This document shows positions 48,875 through 58,320 of a DNA stretch of 64,000 nt, in pieces. This stretch comes from a virus (Duplodnaviria; Caudoviricetes), in IMG/VR virus record IMGVR_UViG_3300011989_000257, positions 32,001 through 96,000 of that record. One strand, 5' to 3'. The position numbers and the translations under genes were made by a program. Numbering within the stretch: position 1 is the stretch's first letter; each line of letters begins with the position of its first letter. The notes beneath the pieces were generated by a model. It saw nothing but the letters and a program-made list of their open reading frames with translations. It searched no databases and was not told the DNA's origin.

Positions 48875-49312
48875 TTATCTTTTTGTTTTGTTTATTGTAA
48901 AACCATTTTCTTTGAAGGAATACACCAAATTATTTGCTATTGTGCTTATTTTTCTTTCCAACAAATCATTAAGGTCTTTGAGATGCTTCTTATTCTTTTC
49001 ATTCTGACGCAAATAGAAGTCAAATGATAAGAATTTTTTGTCATTAGGTGATAACCCTTCAGTGCTTATGTCAAAATCTAATATGAGACGATTATCAAAA
49101 TTTATACCATCTATTAAAAATGATTTTATGTTTTTCTTCATACGTTCCTCTATGCCATCTATAACATTATCGTAATCCATTTCCCTTTGCGGTGAAACCC
49201 AACATTTTCCACTTATATAAATGACTTGCGGATTGTTCCTATTAACAGTACCATATTTTAACGATATATGGTTGCACACATCCAATTTATACTCTTTGTT
49301 TAATCTTTTCAT
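48875..49312 (-). CDS. hypothetical protein of the head cluster
   Basis: 145-aa ORF. Confidence 0.65.
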   Translation of the reverse strand: MKRLNKEYKLDVCNHISLKYGTVNRNNPQVIYISGKCWVSPQREMDYDNVIDGIEERMKKNIKSFLIDGINFDNRLILDFDISTEGLSPNDKKFLSFDFYLRQNEKNKKHLKDLNDLLERKISTIANNLVYSFKENGFTINKTKR

Positions 49313-49389
49313 ATTTTATTTAAAAAATAATGTTTTTCAATGAAAAAATCAAGTCCCACAAGTAAAAAATTAGGAAGAGTGTATAAGAA

Positions 49390-49417
49390 AAGAGCAACCA
49401 TTGTTATGATTGCTCTT
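49390..49417 (-). terminator. cassette terminator, copy 1
   Basis: AAGAGCAATCA-TAACAA-TGGTTGCTCTT on the minus strand, then T-rich. Confidence 0.8.
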
Positions 49418-49423
49418 GAACTT

Positions 49424-49918
49424 TTATTGCCAACCCTTACCTTTTACGTATTTTGAGTCACCCCTATCGAATTTTCCAATTTCGTCAGTTGCTTTTTGAT
49501 ATTTGTCAATAGTGTTTTTTGTTGGTTTCATTTTGGAACGAGGATTAAATGCATGAGAACCATCTTTATCTTGTCTTGGGTAATATCCAGCATGCATTTG
49601 TGCATGCATTGGAGTCCAACGTCCCATTCCTCCATAAGCATTTCCAAATTGAGTAACTGTACCTTTTACGTCTTGGTGATAAGGTAAACCATTTTCATCA
49701 TATGTACCATCAAGTTCGTCATGTCCAAATTTGTCATTAAACCTATCTGTTGCAAATTGAGCTAAGTCTTCAGCTTTATCATCTTCCCCTTGCTCTGCTC
49801 GTTTCTTTGCAGCATTCGCATATGTTTTCCAATCAAGTTCTGTGAGTACCCTATTCACAGACTCTTTCACAATATTGTGAAGGTCACTCTCCGTTAATCT
49901 TATAAGTTTTTTATTCAT
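49424..49918 (-). CDS. IRLTES-leader cargo protein
   Basis: MNKKLIRLTESDLHNIVKESVNRVLTE followed by a unique domain. Confidence 0.75.
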   Translation of the reverse strand: MNKKLIRLTESDLHNIVKESVNRVLTELDWKTYANAAKKRAEQGEDDKAEDLAQFATDRFNDKFGHDELDGTYDENGLPYHQDVKGTVTQFGNAYGGMGRWTPMHAQMHAGYYPRQDKDGSHAFNPRSKMKPTKNTIDKYQKATDEIGKFDRGDSKYVKGKGWQ

Positions 49919-49960
49919 ATTATAATACGTATTTAGTTCGTTATTTTAATAATAAATATC
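49893..49960 (-). repeat. late promoter/5'UTR/leader repeat, copy 1
   Basis: Near-identical to 56062..56128. Confidence 0.9.
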
Positions 49961-49974
49961 AGATAGATTTTGCT

Positions 49975-51588
49975 TTAATCATCCATTAAGATATCCCTTA
50001 TCTCAAGTAATTTTGCGATATCCTTAACAATTGTTTCTTTATTAAAAGTCATTTCATTAATCTGGTTACTCAAGCCCTTGAGTTCAACATTTTCTGAATC
50101 TTCTTTTAGCATGTCGTTAATCTTATCTATGCATTCATTCTTGAACTTGTTAAACAATTTCTCTTTTCTTTGTTCAGCTATTGGTGTTCTGAAATCAGTT
50201 ATTTGCTGAACAAATGATAGCTCAGATTCATTAAGGTTATTCTTGAGTTTTTCCTCAAACTCTTCAATTAATTCATCTGGAGTTTTTCCTTCATTTATTT
50301 TATCTGATTTATGTGCATCCATCCATTTGCAAACAGCATCGTAACTCTCAGCAAGAGGAATCATATTGTTTGTTGTCCTCTTTGTTGTCAATATGACATC
50401 ACCATTCTCGTATAGTTTCATCGATTCCTCATCAACGAACTCACTTGGTTTAATGCCACTCTCAATCATAACGTTTCTAAGTTTCTTGTTTGAAGCCTTT
50501 ACAGTCTTGACATCAATGTCCTCGCAAACAATTTTTGCAAGGTCTGCAAGAACAGTCTTTGAACCAATTATTTTTGCATGATTCTCATTATACTGTTCCT
50601 TAATTACGTTGTAGAAATTAAATTGGCTTCTAAGATTCTTGTCCTCCTTAATGGTCTTTATGACATTCCTTACAGCCTTTTTGTTTGATTTGATAAGAGT
50701 TGGAAGCTCACTTTCAAATATATGGTTTAGAACACCAAAATTAGTTGTGTTCATTTCCTCCATTAATTCATCTTCATGTTTGCTTTCCTCTATTGCTTCA
50801 TTAAGCATGTCATTAACATATTCATATGCCTTATAATCACCTTTCTTAAGCGCCTCAGACATTATGTTAATATAATTTGAAAATTCTTCTTGATGATTTC
50901 TATTTTTCATAATTATAATATTGTTTTCTTTCTTATGTTCTTTTCCTTCTTGATATAATGTTGCATTTCTCTGGGCAAGCGTTTTCCATCCTTCCTTTTC
51001 TTTTTGTACTTGCCAAGATTTTTCTGCTTCATTATATCTTTTTATTATATCAGCTACTTTGGGGTCTATTTTAAATTCTTCATTCATTTCATCATACCCA
51101 TCATCACCATCCATATTGGAATTAATATATTCAGCAACTGTTGGGTTTTTTTCGAAGGCACTTTGTGAATCTTCTACAACTAAAAGATATTTCATAGGGT
51201 CAATTCCAAGTTCATTAACAATTTTTCTAAGCATTCTAGAACTTGGCAAATACCAAAATGCCATAAAACTAGGATATTTATCAGTATGGGTATTCCATAT
51301 TCTTCCACGACAATATGACTTCTCATAGCATTGCCTTTCAATCCAATTAATATATGTATCCTTTATATGACTGATTGCTTTGCCCATTAACTTCTTTGCC
51401 GCTTGTGCTGCAATCATAAGATGGGTTGTTGAACCAGTCATGAACAGATACTCATTATCTAACGATATTGGGAAATAACCAAAAGATGTGGCTATTTTGC
51501 TATGCCACCCCCAATCTGTCTTTGTAACGGTATCATATACATTATCTGGTGTACCTTCGAAATATTCTAATATTCTTTTATTTTTCAT
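49975..51588 (-). CDS. head-cluster protein, apparent fusion of an N-terminal domain to a helical protein starting at Met 50910
   Basis: 537 aa; A-rich initiation-like sequence in frame before the internal ATG. Confidence 0.65.
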   Translation of the reverse strand: MKNKRILEYFEGTPDNVYDTVTKTDWGWHSKIATSFGYFPISLDNEYLFMTGSTTHLMIAAQAAKKLMGKAISHIKDTYINWIERQCYEKSYCRGRIWNTHTDKYPSFMAFWYLPSSRMLRKIVNELGIDPMKYLLVVEDSQSAFEKNPTVAEYINSNMDGDDGYDEMNEEFKIDPKVADIIKRYNEAEKSWQVQKEKEGWKTLAQRNATLYQEGKEHKKENNIIIMKNRNHQEEFSNYINIMSEALKKGDYKAYEYVNDMLNEAIEESKHEDELMEEMNTTNFGVLNHIFESELPTLIKSNKKAVRNVIKTIKEDKNLRSQFNFYNVIKEQYNENHAKIIGSKTVLADLAKIVCEDIDVKTVKASNKKLRNVMIESGIKPSEFVDEESMKLYENGDVILTTKRTTNNMIPLAESYDAVCKWMDAHKSDKINEGKTPDELIEEFEEKLKNNLNESELSFVQQITDFRTPIAEQRKEKLFNKFKNECIDKINDMLKEDSENVELKGLSNQINEMTFNKETIVKDIAKLLEIRDILMDD

Positions 51589-51624
51589 CTAACCATTATT
51601 TCCAATAAATATCATGTTTAATAG

Positions 51625-51655
51625 AAAAAAGCGTGACATCAGTTGTCACGCTTCT
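51625..51655 (-). terminator. terminator after portal
   Basis: AAGCGTGACA-TCAGT-TGTCACGCTT. Confidence 0.8.
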
Positions 51656-51660
51656 ATTCT

Positions 51661-53697
51661 TTAATTCTTATCAACGAATTTCCCAAGTTCATCAATCATC
51701 TTGTCAAAGTCCTCATTAACCATTAAGGCATCACTGTCGTATATGTCAGCACGTTTATACTCTGTTTCCATGTGTTTACCCTTTCTCTCGTTCACTCTTG
51801 ATAGATACTCATTGAAAAGAATATCAAGTTTATCATTCTGCTCATTTATGATAGGTTTGTTAGAATGAATAGATTCCATTGGTGCATTTGGGTCATTTCC
51901 CATATCAGCAGTTGGCATTGAGCCTTCATTGCCACCCATCATTATGGTATCATCTCCAGGACCGCCAATATCACTTCCATCCATATTAGGGGCATCTCCC
52001 ATAGGAGGTGGTGGTGCTCCCATTCCGCCTCCAGGACCTCCACTACCATCCATGCCGCCTTGTCCACCTTGCATATCATCCATATACTCAGCTCCAGGTT
52101 CGCCATAGATTCTATCGACAGTATCAAATATACCTGTCTTCTTGATAATCTGAGTTGTCTTCTCAAGTTCAGCCGCAATACCCTTTTCAAGACGTATCTC
52201 TTCGAGATTTTCCTTAATTTCCTTCTCAGACCACTTCATAATCTGTTTCAATGCACGTGTCTGGGACATAACTGGAAGACCATTTCCTGGGTCGCTAACA
52301 GCATCCCTTACAGCATCAATCTTCTTCTGCATATTCTCAATCTCAAGCTGTTCAGCTTGTGTTGATGGATTATTCATTGTCAATGAGAAATTTGTTAATT
52401 CATCATTAAACCCTAACAAAAACAAATGAATTGATGCAACTTTTGTAAGTTCCATTAAGAATGCTTGCTGTATTCTGTTAACTAATCTAGTAAAACGAAT
52501 ATCCATAAGTGCAAGGTTCTTGCCATCCCCAGCAGCTTCTTCAAAGTTAAGAAATGACTTAGGTATTCTTAACGCAGTCAGTACTTTATTCTGTACGAAC
52601 TTGATATCATCCATTGCCGTAAGGTTTTGTCCTGCTGAAAGAGTATCAATAGGGTTTGGGGCATTTTCATCACGTACTGGTAAGAATACATCTTGGTCAA
52701 ATGCAAGCAAATTCTTTCTTAAGTCAATTTGACCAGTCATTGGGTCAATAATTGGAGTTCTCTTAAATTGATTTGCAATTTGTTCAACATATGCTTGCAC
52801 ATCAGCATCATCAATTGCGCCAACAAATATCTTATACACCCTACGTTCAATGGAACGTTCAAGACGATATATAAGCATCATATCTTCCATTAAGCTCAGC
52901 ATCCTCCAATGTCTTCTAGCAGCATTTAATGCTGATACGCCATACGGGAGATATAATGAGTTAGTCAATAGTCTAAAATGTGCAATCTGCCAATCTCTAA
53001 ATGGAACTTGCGAATTATTATCATCCAACCATATAAACTGAGTAGAAAGGTCAGCATCATCCTTTGTAATCCCGTTTACAGCAATTGAAGCTCCAGCACC
53101 ATATGGATTCTGTATACCATTCTCAATTCTCTCCATATTAAACACTGGAAGTTGCTTCCACCCCTTAACGCCATTCTTATGGTCAACATCTAATAGCATA
53201 AACTGATTTCCGTATTTACACATTGCACGGATAATCATAGGGGCAGTCAATTGTATATTCAATCTATTAACAAATAAATCTTCAAGGATACTCTTTATTC
53301 TGTCAGATTTGGAATATACATTGACTATATTACCTTTGTCTCCAGCAATACATGCTTCCTCCGCATATGTGTCAAGTGCAGCACCAATTTCTGGGAATGC
53401 ATCCATTAAATCTGCATCACGATACATAAGTTTAATGTTATTAAGTCCAGCATATGCAGTAACAGATAGGTTAACATTTGCTTTAACCCACCTATCTTTT
53501 AAATATTTATTTTGTCGTAGCTCTAATTTCTTTTGTATATAATCTTCTCTATCAGTGGTTCTATATAGTACATCATTATCATTGCCTTGAGACATATCAT
53601 ATGAGTTTATATGAGGCTCAATGGCAGAAGTAGGCGATGACCAATTACCAGTTATAGCTTTATCTAGAGCTTGAAATACAGTACTCTTCTTTGCCAT
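51661..53697 (-). CDS. portal protein, T4 gp20-like
   Basis: PEIGAALD, IAHFRL, MEDMMLIYRLERSIERRVYKIFVG, IDTLSAGQNL, ALRIPKSFL, DIRF. Confidence 0.92.
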   Translation of the reverse strand: MAKKSTVFQALDKAITGNWSSPTSAIEPHINSYDMSQGNDNDVLYRTTDREDYIQKKLELRQNKYLKDRWVKANVNLSVTAYAGLNNIKLMYRDADLMDAFPEIGAALDTYAEEACIAGDKGNIVNVYSKSDRIKSILEDLFVNRLNIQLTAPMIIRAMCKYGNQFMLLDVDHKNGVKGWKQLPVFNMERIENGIQNPYGAGASIAVNGITKDDADLSTQFIWLDDNNSQVPFRDWQIAHFRLLTNSLYLPYGVSALNAARRHWRMLSLMEDMMLIYRLERSIERRVYKIFVGAIDDADVQAYVEQIANQFKRTPIIDPMTGQIDLRKNLLAFDQDVFLPVRDENAPNPIDTLSAGQNLTAMDDIKFVQNKVLTALRIPKSFLNFEEAAGDGKNLALMDIRFTRLVNRIQQAFLMELTKVASIHLFLLGFNDELTNFSLTMNNPSTQAEQLEIENMQKKIDAVRDAVSDPGNGLPVMSQTRALKQIMKWSEKEIKENLEEIRLEKGIAAELEKTTQIIKKTGIFDTVDRIYGEPGAEYMDDMQGGQGGMDGSGGPGGGMGAPPPPMGDAPNMDGSDIGGPGDDTIMMGGNEGSMPTADMGNDPNAPMESIHSNKPIINEQNDKLDILFNEYLSRVNERKGKHMETEYKRADIYDSDALMVNEDFDKMIDELGKFVDKN

Positions 53698-53750
53698 ATT
53701 ATATTTTCTTTAAAAAATAATGATTATCCTATAAATATCAAGATAAAACA

Positions 53751-53774
53751 AAAGCGAGTGTTTTTCACTCGCTT
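53751..53774 (-). terminator. terminator after terminase
   Basis: AAGCGAGTG-TTTTT-CACTCGCTT. Confidence 0.8.
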
Positions 53775-53776
53775 AA

Positions 53777-55651
53777 TTATTTCAAGCCGCCAAACACCCA
53801 CATATGAGTTCCATTAATTACATTGGTTTTAGGAAAACTTTTCTGTGTATAAAACGGTAAGCCACTCTTTGGGGTAATTGTATAGCCATCCCTCAATTTA
53901 GACCTATGGGTATTCATAGACCCACCCATCATATAAGCATTTAATATTGCTTTATCTTTTTTCTGGGTATTCTGTATTCTATTAACAGTATATTGCATAA
54001 CAAATAGTCCCATTGCAAGAGAACATAAAGTATCATCATGAGCACCCTCCATATGGTCAATACGAGCAGTTTCACCCTTAAAAATCCAAGTATTCAATTC
54101 ATTAATCACTCTTACTGAACGAATTTTAAACTCATTGTTACGAACCATTCCTGCAAAATTAGATAAAACTGGATATCTATTTCCTTGAAAATGAAATCCT
54201 GGAAGTTTATCAGTATATCCATCGTAATTCTTTGTTGACCTTTGAACCATGTAGGTTTTCTGATTCATATCTTCATAATACATGTTCTTGTATCCCATAT
54301 TTAGCATTGTTATAATGGCCGCATCTCCTTGTCCGCCAGTAGCATCAACAACAACAAATGCATCATTATACATGGTTGCATATTGATAAGCAATAGCACC
54401 AATATCATCCCCAAGCTTCTTGCCAACATACTCAGCAACTTGTTCAATGATTGGCATCCCGTTTTCATCACGTCCATCCATGTCTATTATCTCAATTGCT
54501 GTACGGTCAGCAGCAGTTCCTCTGCTAGGGTCAATTGAGCAGATATATCTGTGACCATCGATTGGTTTTTTCCAGAACCAAGTTTCCTCACACAATGGGT
54601 CGATAAAATCATCAAGTGGCTCTCTTACGTTAAACCTTTCTTGCATCTCAATATATCTTGCTGCAACCACATTATCGTTTGAACCCATGAATGACACATC
54701 AAGTTCTTGGGCAATCTTCATTTCGTCATTGTTAAATGAATGGCACATATCCTCATACCAATCAGAAGTTGGTTTCCATCCATCATGCTCTAACTTTGCC
54801 CAACGTTCTTCGTCATATTTTACCCCTCCTTCGTTGTCAATTATTAAATCAGCATCATATTCCCATTCATTGGTTTCCTCATTTTTCCTCTTCCATACAA
54901 GATGTTTATTGAAACGAGGGTCTTGATACCAACGAAATTGTACTGCTGTAAAATTGTTCTCATGAGCCAATGCTTGACGGTAAATGTTATAATACAATGC
55001 ATCCATACCATTAGGCGTACTTACAATTACAGTCTTTGAATTTGGATTTGATGCCATTGTCGCAGCAGCAGTTGTATAAACTGAGATACCATCCTCGATG
55101 AATGCCGCCTCATCAAGAATTAGAGTACCTACTGCTGATATACCACGAGCAGCATTTGGTCCACTAGCACGAGCAATAACTCTACATCCATTAAATAATT
55201 TCAATTCACTTTTTGCATCTTTAACGAAAATAGATTTGAGGTTTTTTTCTGAATTCGAATCAGTTGAAAAATATTCTGGTCCCCACATCCATCGTGGAAC
55301 TTGTTCAAGGAAATCTCTAACCTTAATGATAATTTCATTAGCTTGGTCTAGTTTGTTTGCAATACAAAGTATAATCTCTGGAGATTCCTTCGATGCAAAT
55401 GCACATTGTGCAGCAGCCCATGCACTTGACAATGTTGTTATACCACATTGTCTTGGCTTAATTGCAATCACATTATTATGTTCAGCAAGTGCTTTAAGGA
55501 ATGCCCTCTGCCTTGGAAAACAATGGAATTGTGTTTTCTTACCTTTCATAGCATTAAAGGTAGAGAAATATTTTTCTATGAATGTAATTCTAGATTTATC
55601 AGCATAGCATAAAGCATAATCCCTCTGGGCTTCTTTATAATCAAAAATCAT
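53777..55651 (-). CDS. terminase large subunit, T4 gp17-like
   Basis: KPRQCGITT, LILDEAAF, VSTPNG, QELDVSF, SIDPSRG, HDDT. Confidence 0.95.
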   Translation of the reverse strand: MIFDYKEAQRDYALCYADKSRITFIEKYFSTFNAMKGKKTQFHCFPRQRAFLKALAEHNNVIAIKPRQCGITTLSSAWAAAQCAFASKESPEIILCIANKLDQANEIIIKVRDFLEQVPRWMWGPEYFSTDSNSEKNLKSIFVKDAKSELKLFNGCRVIARASGPNAARGISAVGTLILDEAAFIEDGISVYTTAAATMASNPNSKTVIVSTPNGMDALYYNIYRQALAHENNFTAVQFRWYQDPRFNKHLVWKRKNEETNEWEYDADLIIDNEGGVKYDEERWAKLEHDGWKPTSDWYEDMCHSFNNDEMKIAQELDVSFMGSNDNVVAARYIEMQERFNVREPLDDFIDPLCEETWFWKKPIDGHRYICSIDPSRGTAADRTAIEIIDMDGRDENGMPIIEQVAEYVGKKLGDDIGAIAYQYATMYNDAFVVVDATGGQGDAAIITMLNMGYKNMYYEDMNQKTYMVQRSTKNYDGYTDKLPGFHFQGNRYPVLSNFAGMVRNNEFKIRSVRVINELNTWIFKGETARIDHMEGAHDDTLCSLAMGLFVMQYTVNRIQNTQKKDKAILNAYMMGGSMNTHRSKLRDGYTITPKSGLPFYTQKSFPKTNVINGTHMWVFGGLK

Positions 55652-55680
55652 GTTCTTTTATTTTATTTTCTCATTATTTA

Positions 55681-55712
55681 CAAATATATTTAAAAAATAT
55701 TATAATTCCAAA
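55681..55712 (-). promoter_or_regulatory. host-type promoter upstream of terminase (in addition to the late motif at 55768)
   Basis: TTTG-N20-TATATTTG. Confidence 0.6.
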
Positions 55713-55788
55713 CAAAAATCAGGTAAATTTAAATAAATATTACAATATTTCGAAAAGTTATTCATTTATAAATATTTACAAACAAAAA

Positions 55789-55816
55789 AAGAGCAACCAA
55801 CAGTGTGATTGCTCTT
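55789..55816 (-). terminator. cassette terminator, copy 2
   Basis: AAGAGCAATCA-CACTGT-TGGTTGCTCTT then TTTTT; stem identical to 49390..49417. Confidence 0.85.
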
Positions 55817-55826
55817 ATACATTACA

Positions 55827-56087
55827 TCATCTTCGAGGATATGGAATGTTCCCTTCTTTATAGATTTTCACTGTAACGATAGTATCATTACTAGGATATA
55901 CGTTAAAACCGTTTTGGTTTCTATCATAGTCTAACCCACTTTGAGTTAAAACGTCTTCAATCTTATCTGCTAGCATAGAAGCAACTCCCATACCTTCATC
56001 AAATCCTTCTTTCACTATTTTATTCACTGATTCTTTCACGATTCTATGAAGGTCTTGTTCTGTTAATCTTATAAGTTTCTTATTCAT
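55827..56087 (-). CDS. IRLTES-leader cargo protein
   Basis: MNKKLIRLTEQDLHRIVKESVNKIVKE followed by a unique ~60-aa domain. Confidence 0.75.
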   Translation of the reverse strand: MNKKLIRLTEQDLHRIVKESVNKIVKEGFDEGMGVASMLADKIEDVLTQSGLDYDRNQNGFNVYPSNDTIVTVKIYKEGNIPYPRR

Positions 56088-56128
56088 ATTATAATACGTA
56101 TTAATTCGTTATTTTAATAATAAATATC
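56062..56128 (-). repeat. late promoter/5'UTR/leader repeat, copy 2
   Basis: Near-identical to 49893..49960. Confidence 0.9.
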
Positions 56129-56138
56129 GTCAAGATAT

Positions 56139-57815
56139 TCAATTATTTTGTCTTAGCATTGCCATATAGCACATATCATCATGATATACATAAATATTTG
56201 GGTTTTGCGCCAATTTTTCATACACCTTTGCTATATGTTCTTTATTTATCCTTCTACCTTCGCCACTGTATATTGCACCGAACTCATAAATAAGTTTTGT
56301 ATATATCTTTGGTGCTAAACCCATATGTTGTATCCCATCATTCAAAATGATATGTATTTGAAGCATTGGCACTCTTTCCTCTGGACTGATTCTAATCTTA
56401 ACGCTCTGTGCCATAAGTAGAATCATCTGTCTTGGCATTATCTCGCCATTGATAGTTACAATCAAGTCCTCAGTGACACCATTAACATTGCCCTCAAGGA
56501 AATCAATGTTTTCTACCGTTGCAGACTGTACCAATTGCTGGTAATATTCTATTGGTTTCTGAGGTTCTGCCTCATATTGCCCCATTGTATCAGTATCATT
56601 GCTTTCTTCAATCACGTCACCTTCAGAGCTATCTGAATCAATTTCATATCCATTCGTCTCAGCCCCACTGAAATAAGAATCTTTAATTAAAGATTTGTCA
56701 ATATTCTTGGCATTTATTCTGTTGGTGAATTGCTGATATCCGTTGTCATACTCTGCATCCTTCATCAATTTGTCAAGTAACTCATTTCCTCTATTAGTAT
56801 TTGAAAGGATTTCCTTTATAGTTATACTAAACTCTTCATTTGATTGCCTAATGAGATTTATAAACATGTATGGTATCATATTAGTGTCCTCTACACGCCC
56901 AAATATTTTATTCCATAATGTGACACCAAAACGCATATCCCAAGGCTCTGCAAGCACAAAATCAGCCTTTTTGACAACAAATACAGCTTTTTCCTTATCC
57001 TCTGGTAATCCATGTGCTGAAAACAATTCAAACAATCCTTTAATTGTTTCTTGAAGTAATAATGGGAAAACTATTCCTTGTGAATTAATTGTAGTTTTCT
57101 CACCAACACCCCCAAGATGCACTTCAACATATGAGCCTTGCATTGGATTTATATCACTCATTTCTTCTTTTTTAGTGAATAAAAGATAATCATTGATAGT
57201 AACTATTTTCATATACAATGGTATAAGGTCTCTGTTGATTCTATCAATATCCTCTACATATAATCCTAATATTTTTGAATATGTATATGCAGCACCTTGT
57301 ATCAATGAATTAATGAAACGTCTCTTTTCAACAGCCTTGTCAAACAACTCAATATCAGATACATCATCGAATGTATATGTTATTTTATCATCTGATTCTG
57401 GTTTCAACCTTATTGCATTCTTAAATTTTACCTTATCTACCAATATACATTTAAGATTAAGCATTTCCTCTGGAATTGCAAACAATCGATTTATAGCATT
57501 TTCACAAATCTTTTCAAGTGTGTCCCTTATTGGGGTTTCCATCTCTTTGCATATCTTAAGTGTACTGCTCAGTTCAGACATAAGGTAGTCTTCGTCAAGG
57601 CTTTCCAAACCCAATTCCATTATTGCATCACATACTTCATTAAATCTCTCTTTAAGTATAGTATAGTCAAAAGGATAGTCACCACCACTAGGGAACATAC
57701 TACTATCCCCCAATGATGTCTCATGCGCTTTCACACTCTTGAATAAAAACTGAGGTAAAAGTCTCTTATTAAATACGTTAGCAATTGTATCTTCTTTTAG
57801 ATATATCTTTCTCAT
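56139..57815 (-). CDS. head-cluster protein with appended C-terminal GNAT-like domain
   Basis: Helical N-terminal part; acidic linker with VIEE/S; LQIHIILNDGIQHMGLAPKIY resembles GNAT motif A (Q/RxxGxA). Confidence 0.55.
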   Translation of the reverse strand: MRKIYLKEDTIANVFNKRLLPQFLFKSVKAHETSLGDSSMFPSGGDYPFDYTILKERFNEVCDAIMELGLESLDEDYLMSELSSTLKICKEMETPIRDTLEKICENAINRLFAIPEEMLNLKCILVDKVKFKNAIRLKPESDDKITYTFDDVSDIELFDKAVEKRRFINSLIQGAAYTYSKILGLYVEDIDRINRDLIPLYMKIVTINDYLLFTKKEEMSDINPMQGSYVEVHLGGVGEKTTINSQGIVFPLLLQETIKGLFELFSAHGLPEDKEKAVFVVKKADFVLAEPWDMRFGVTLWNKIFGRVEDTNMIPYMFINLIRQSNEEFSITIKEILSNTNRGNELLDKLMKDAEYDNGYQQFTNRINAKNIDKSLIKDSYFSGAETNGYEIDSDSSEGDVIEESNDTDTMGQYEAEPQKPIEYYQQLVQSATVENIDFLEGNVNGVTEDLIVTINGEIMPRQMILLMAQSVKIRISPEERVPMLQIHIILNDGIQHMGLAPKIYTKLIYEFGAIYSGEGRRINKEHIAKVYEKLAQNPNIYVYHDDMCYMAMLRQNN

Positions 57816-58285
57816 TATAAAGTACTTAGAAAACTACTTAATTCTCTTTTAGTGAAAGGAATTGAGTTTTTCCTCATCTCAACTATTTTAGATTCCCCCA
57901 AGCCATTCTGTCCTTGTTCATCCTTTGTAATCTGGATTGTGCCTCCATTCTTTGCTGCGTTCTGTATTGTTGCGCTTGTTGCATTTTTTGCTGCAATATT
58001 CTGCACTGTGTCATTTCTTGGGTCATTATTGGAGAATGTTGGTACAGACACACCATCAATATCATCTGATTGTACTGTAACTGCTGTAGCTTGTGGAACT
58101 TGATTGAGCATGTTTTGCGCTGATGTTTGTACACTACTTGCTTGAACATCTTGTCCATTTGGATTTAATGTTAATGAAACTTTTCCATTGGTAAATGCTT
58201 CATTAAGCCTTAATTCGCCCTTTGAATATATCCTTCCCTCTCCAAGATTTTTCAAACTATTACCTTTCTTAACGAATATTTTCAT
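57815..58285 (-). CDS. putative head-internal protein
   Basis: Start reassigned to MKIFVKK; late motif at 58301; LNE/A and LGE/S sites. Confidence 0.6.
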   Translation of the reverse strand: MKIFVKKGNSLKNLGEGRIYSKGELRLNEAFTNGKVSLTLNPNGQDVQASSVQTSAQNMLNQVPQATAVTVQSDDIDGVSVPTFSNNDPRNDTVQNIAAKNATSATIQNAAKNGGTIQITKDEQGQNGLGESKIVEMRKNSIPFTKRELSSFLSTL

Positions 58286-58320
58286 AATTTTTTTTTTAAT
58301 ATAAATATCTATATAAAACA

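Noticed and set aside
55430-55470. Broken Walker A in terminase (RQCGITT lacks GKT)
   Set aside because: Deviant P-loops with the Lys placed upstream (KxRQxGxT) are common in large terminases; the other motifs are intact.
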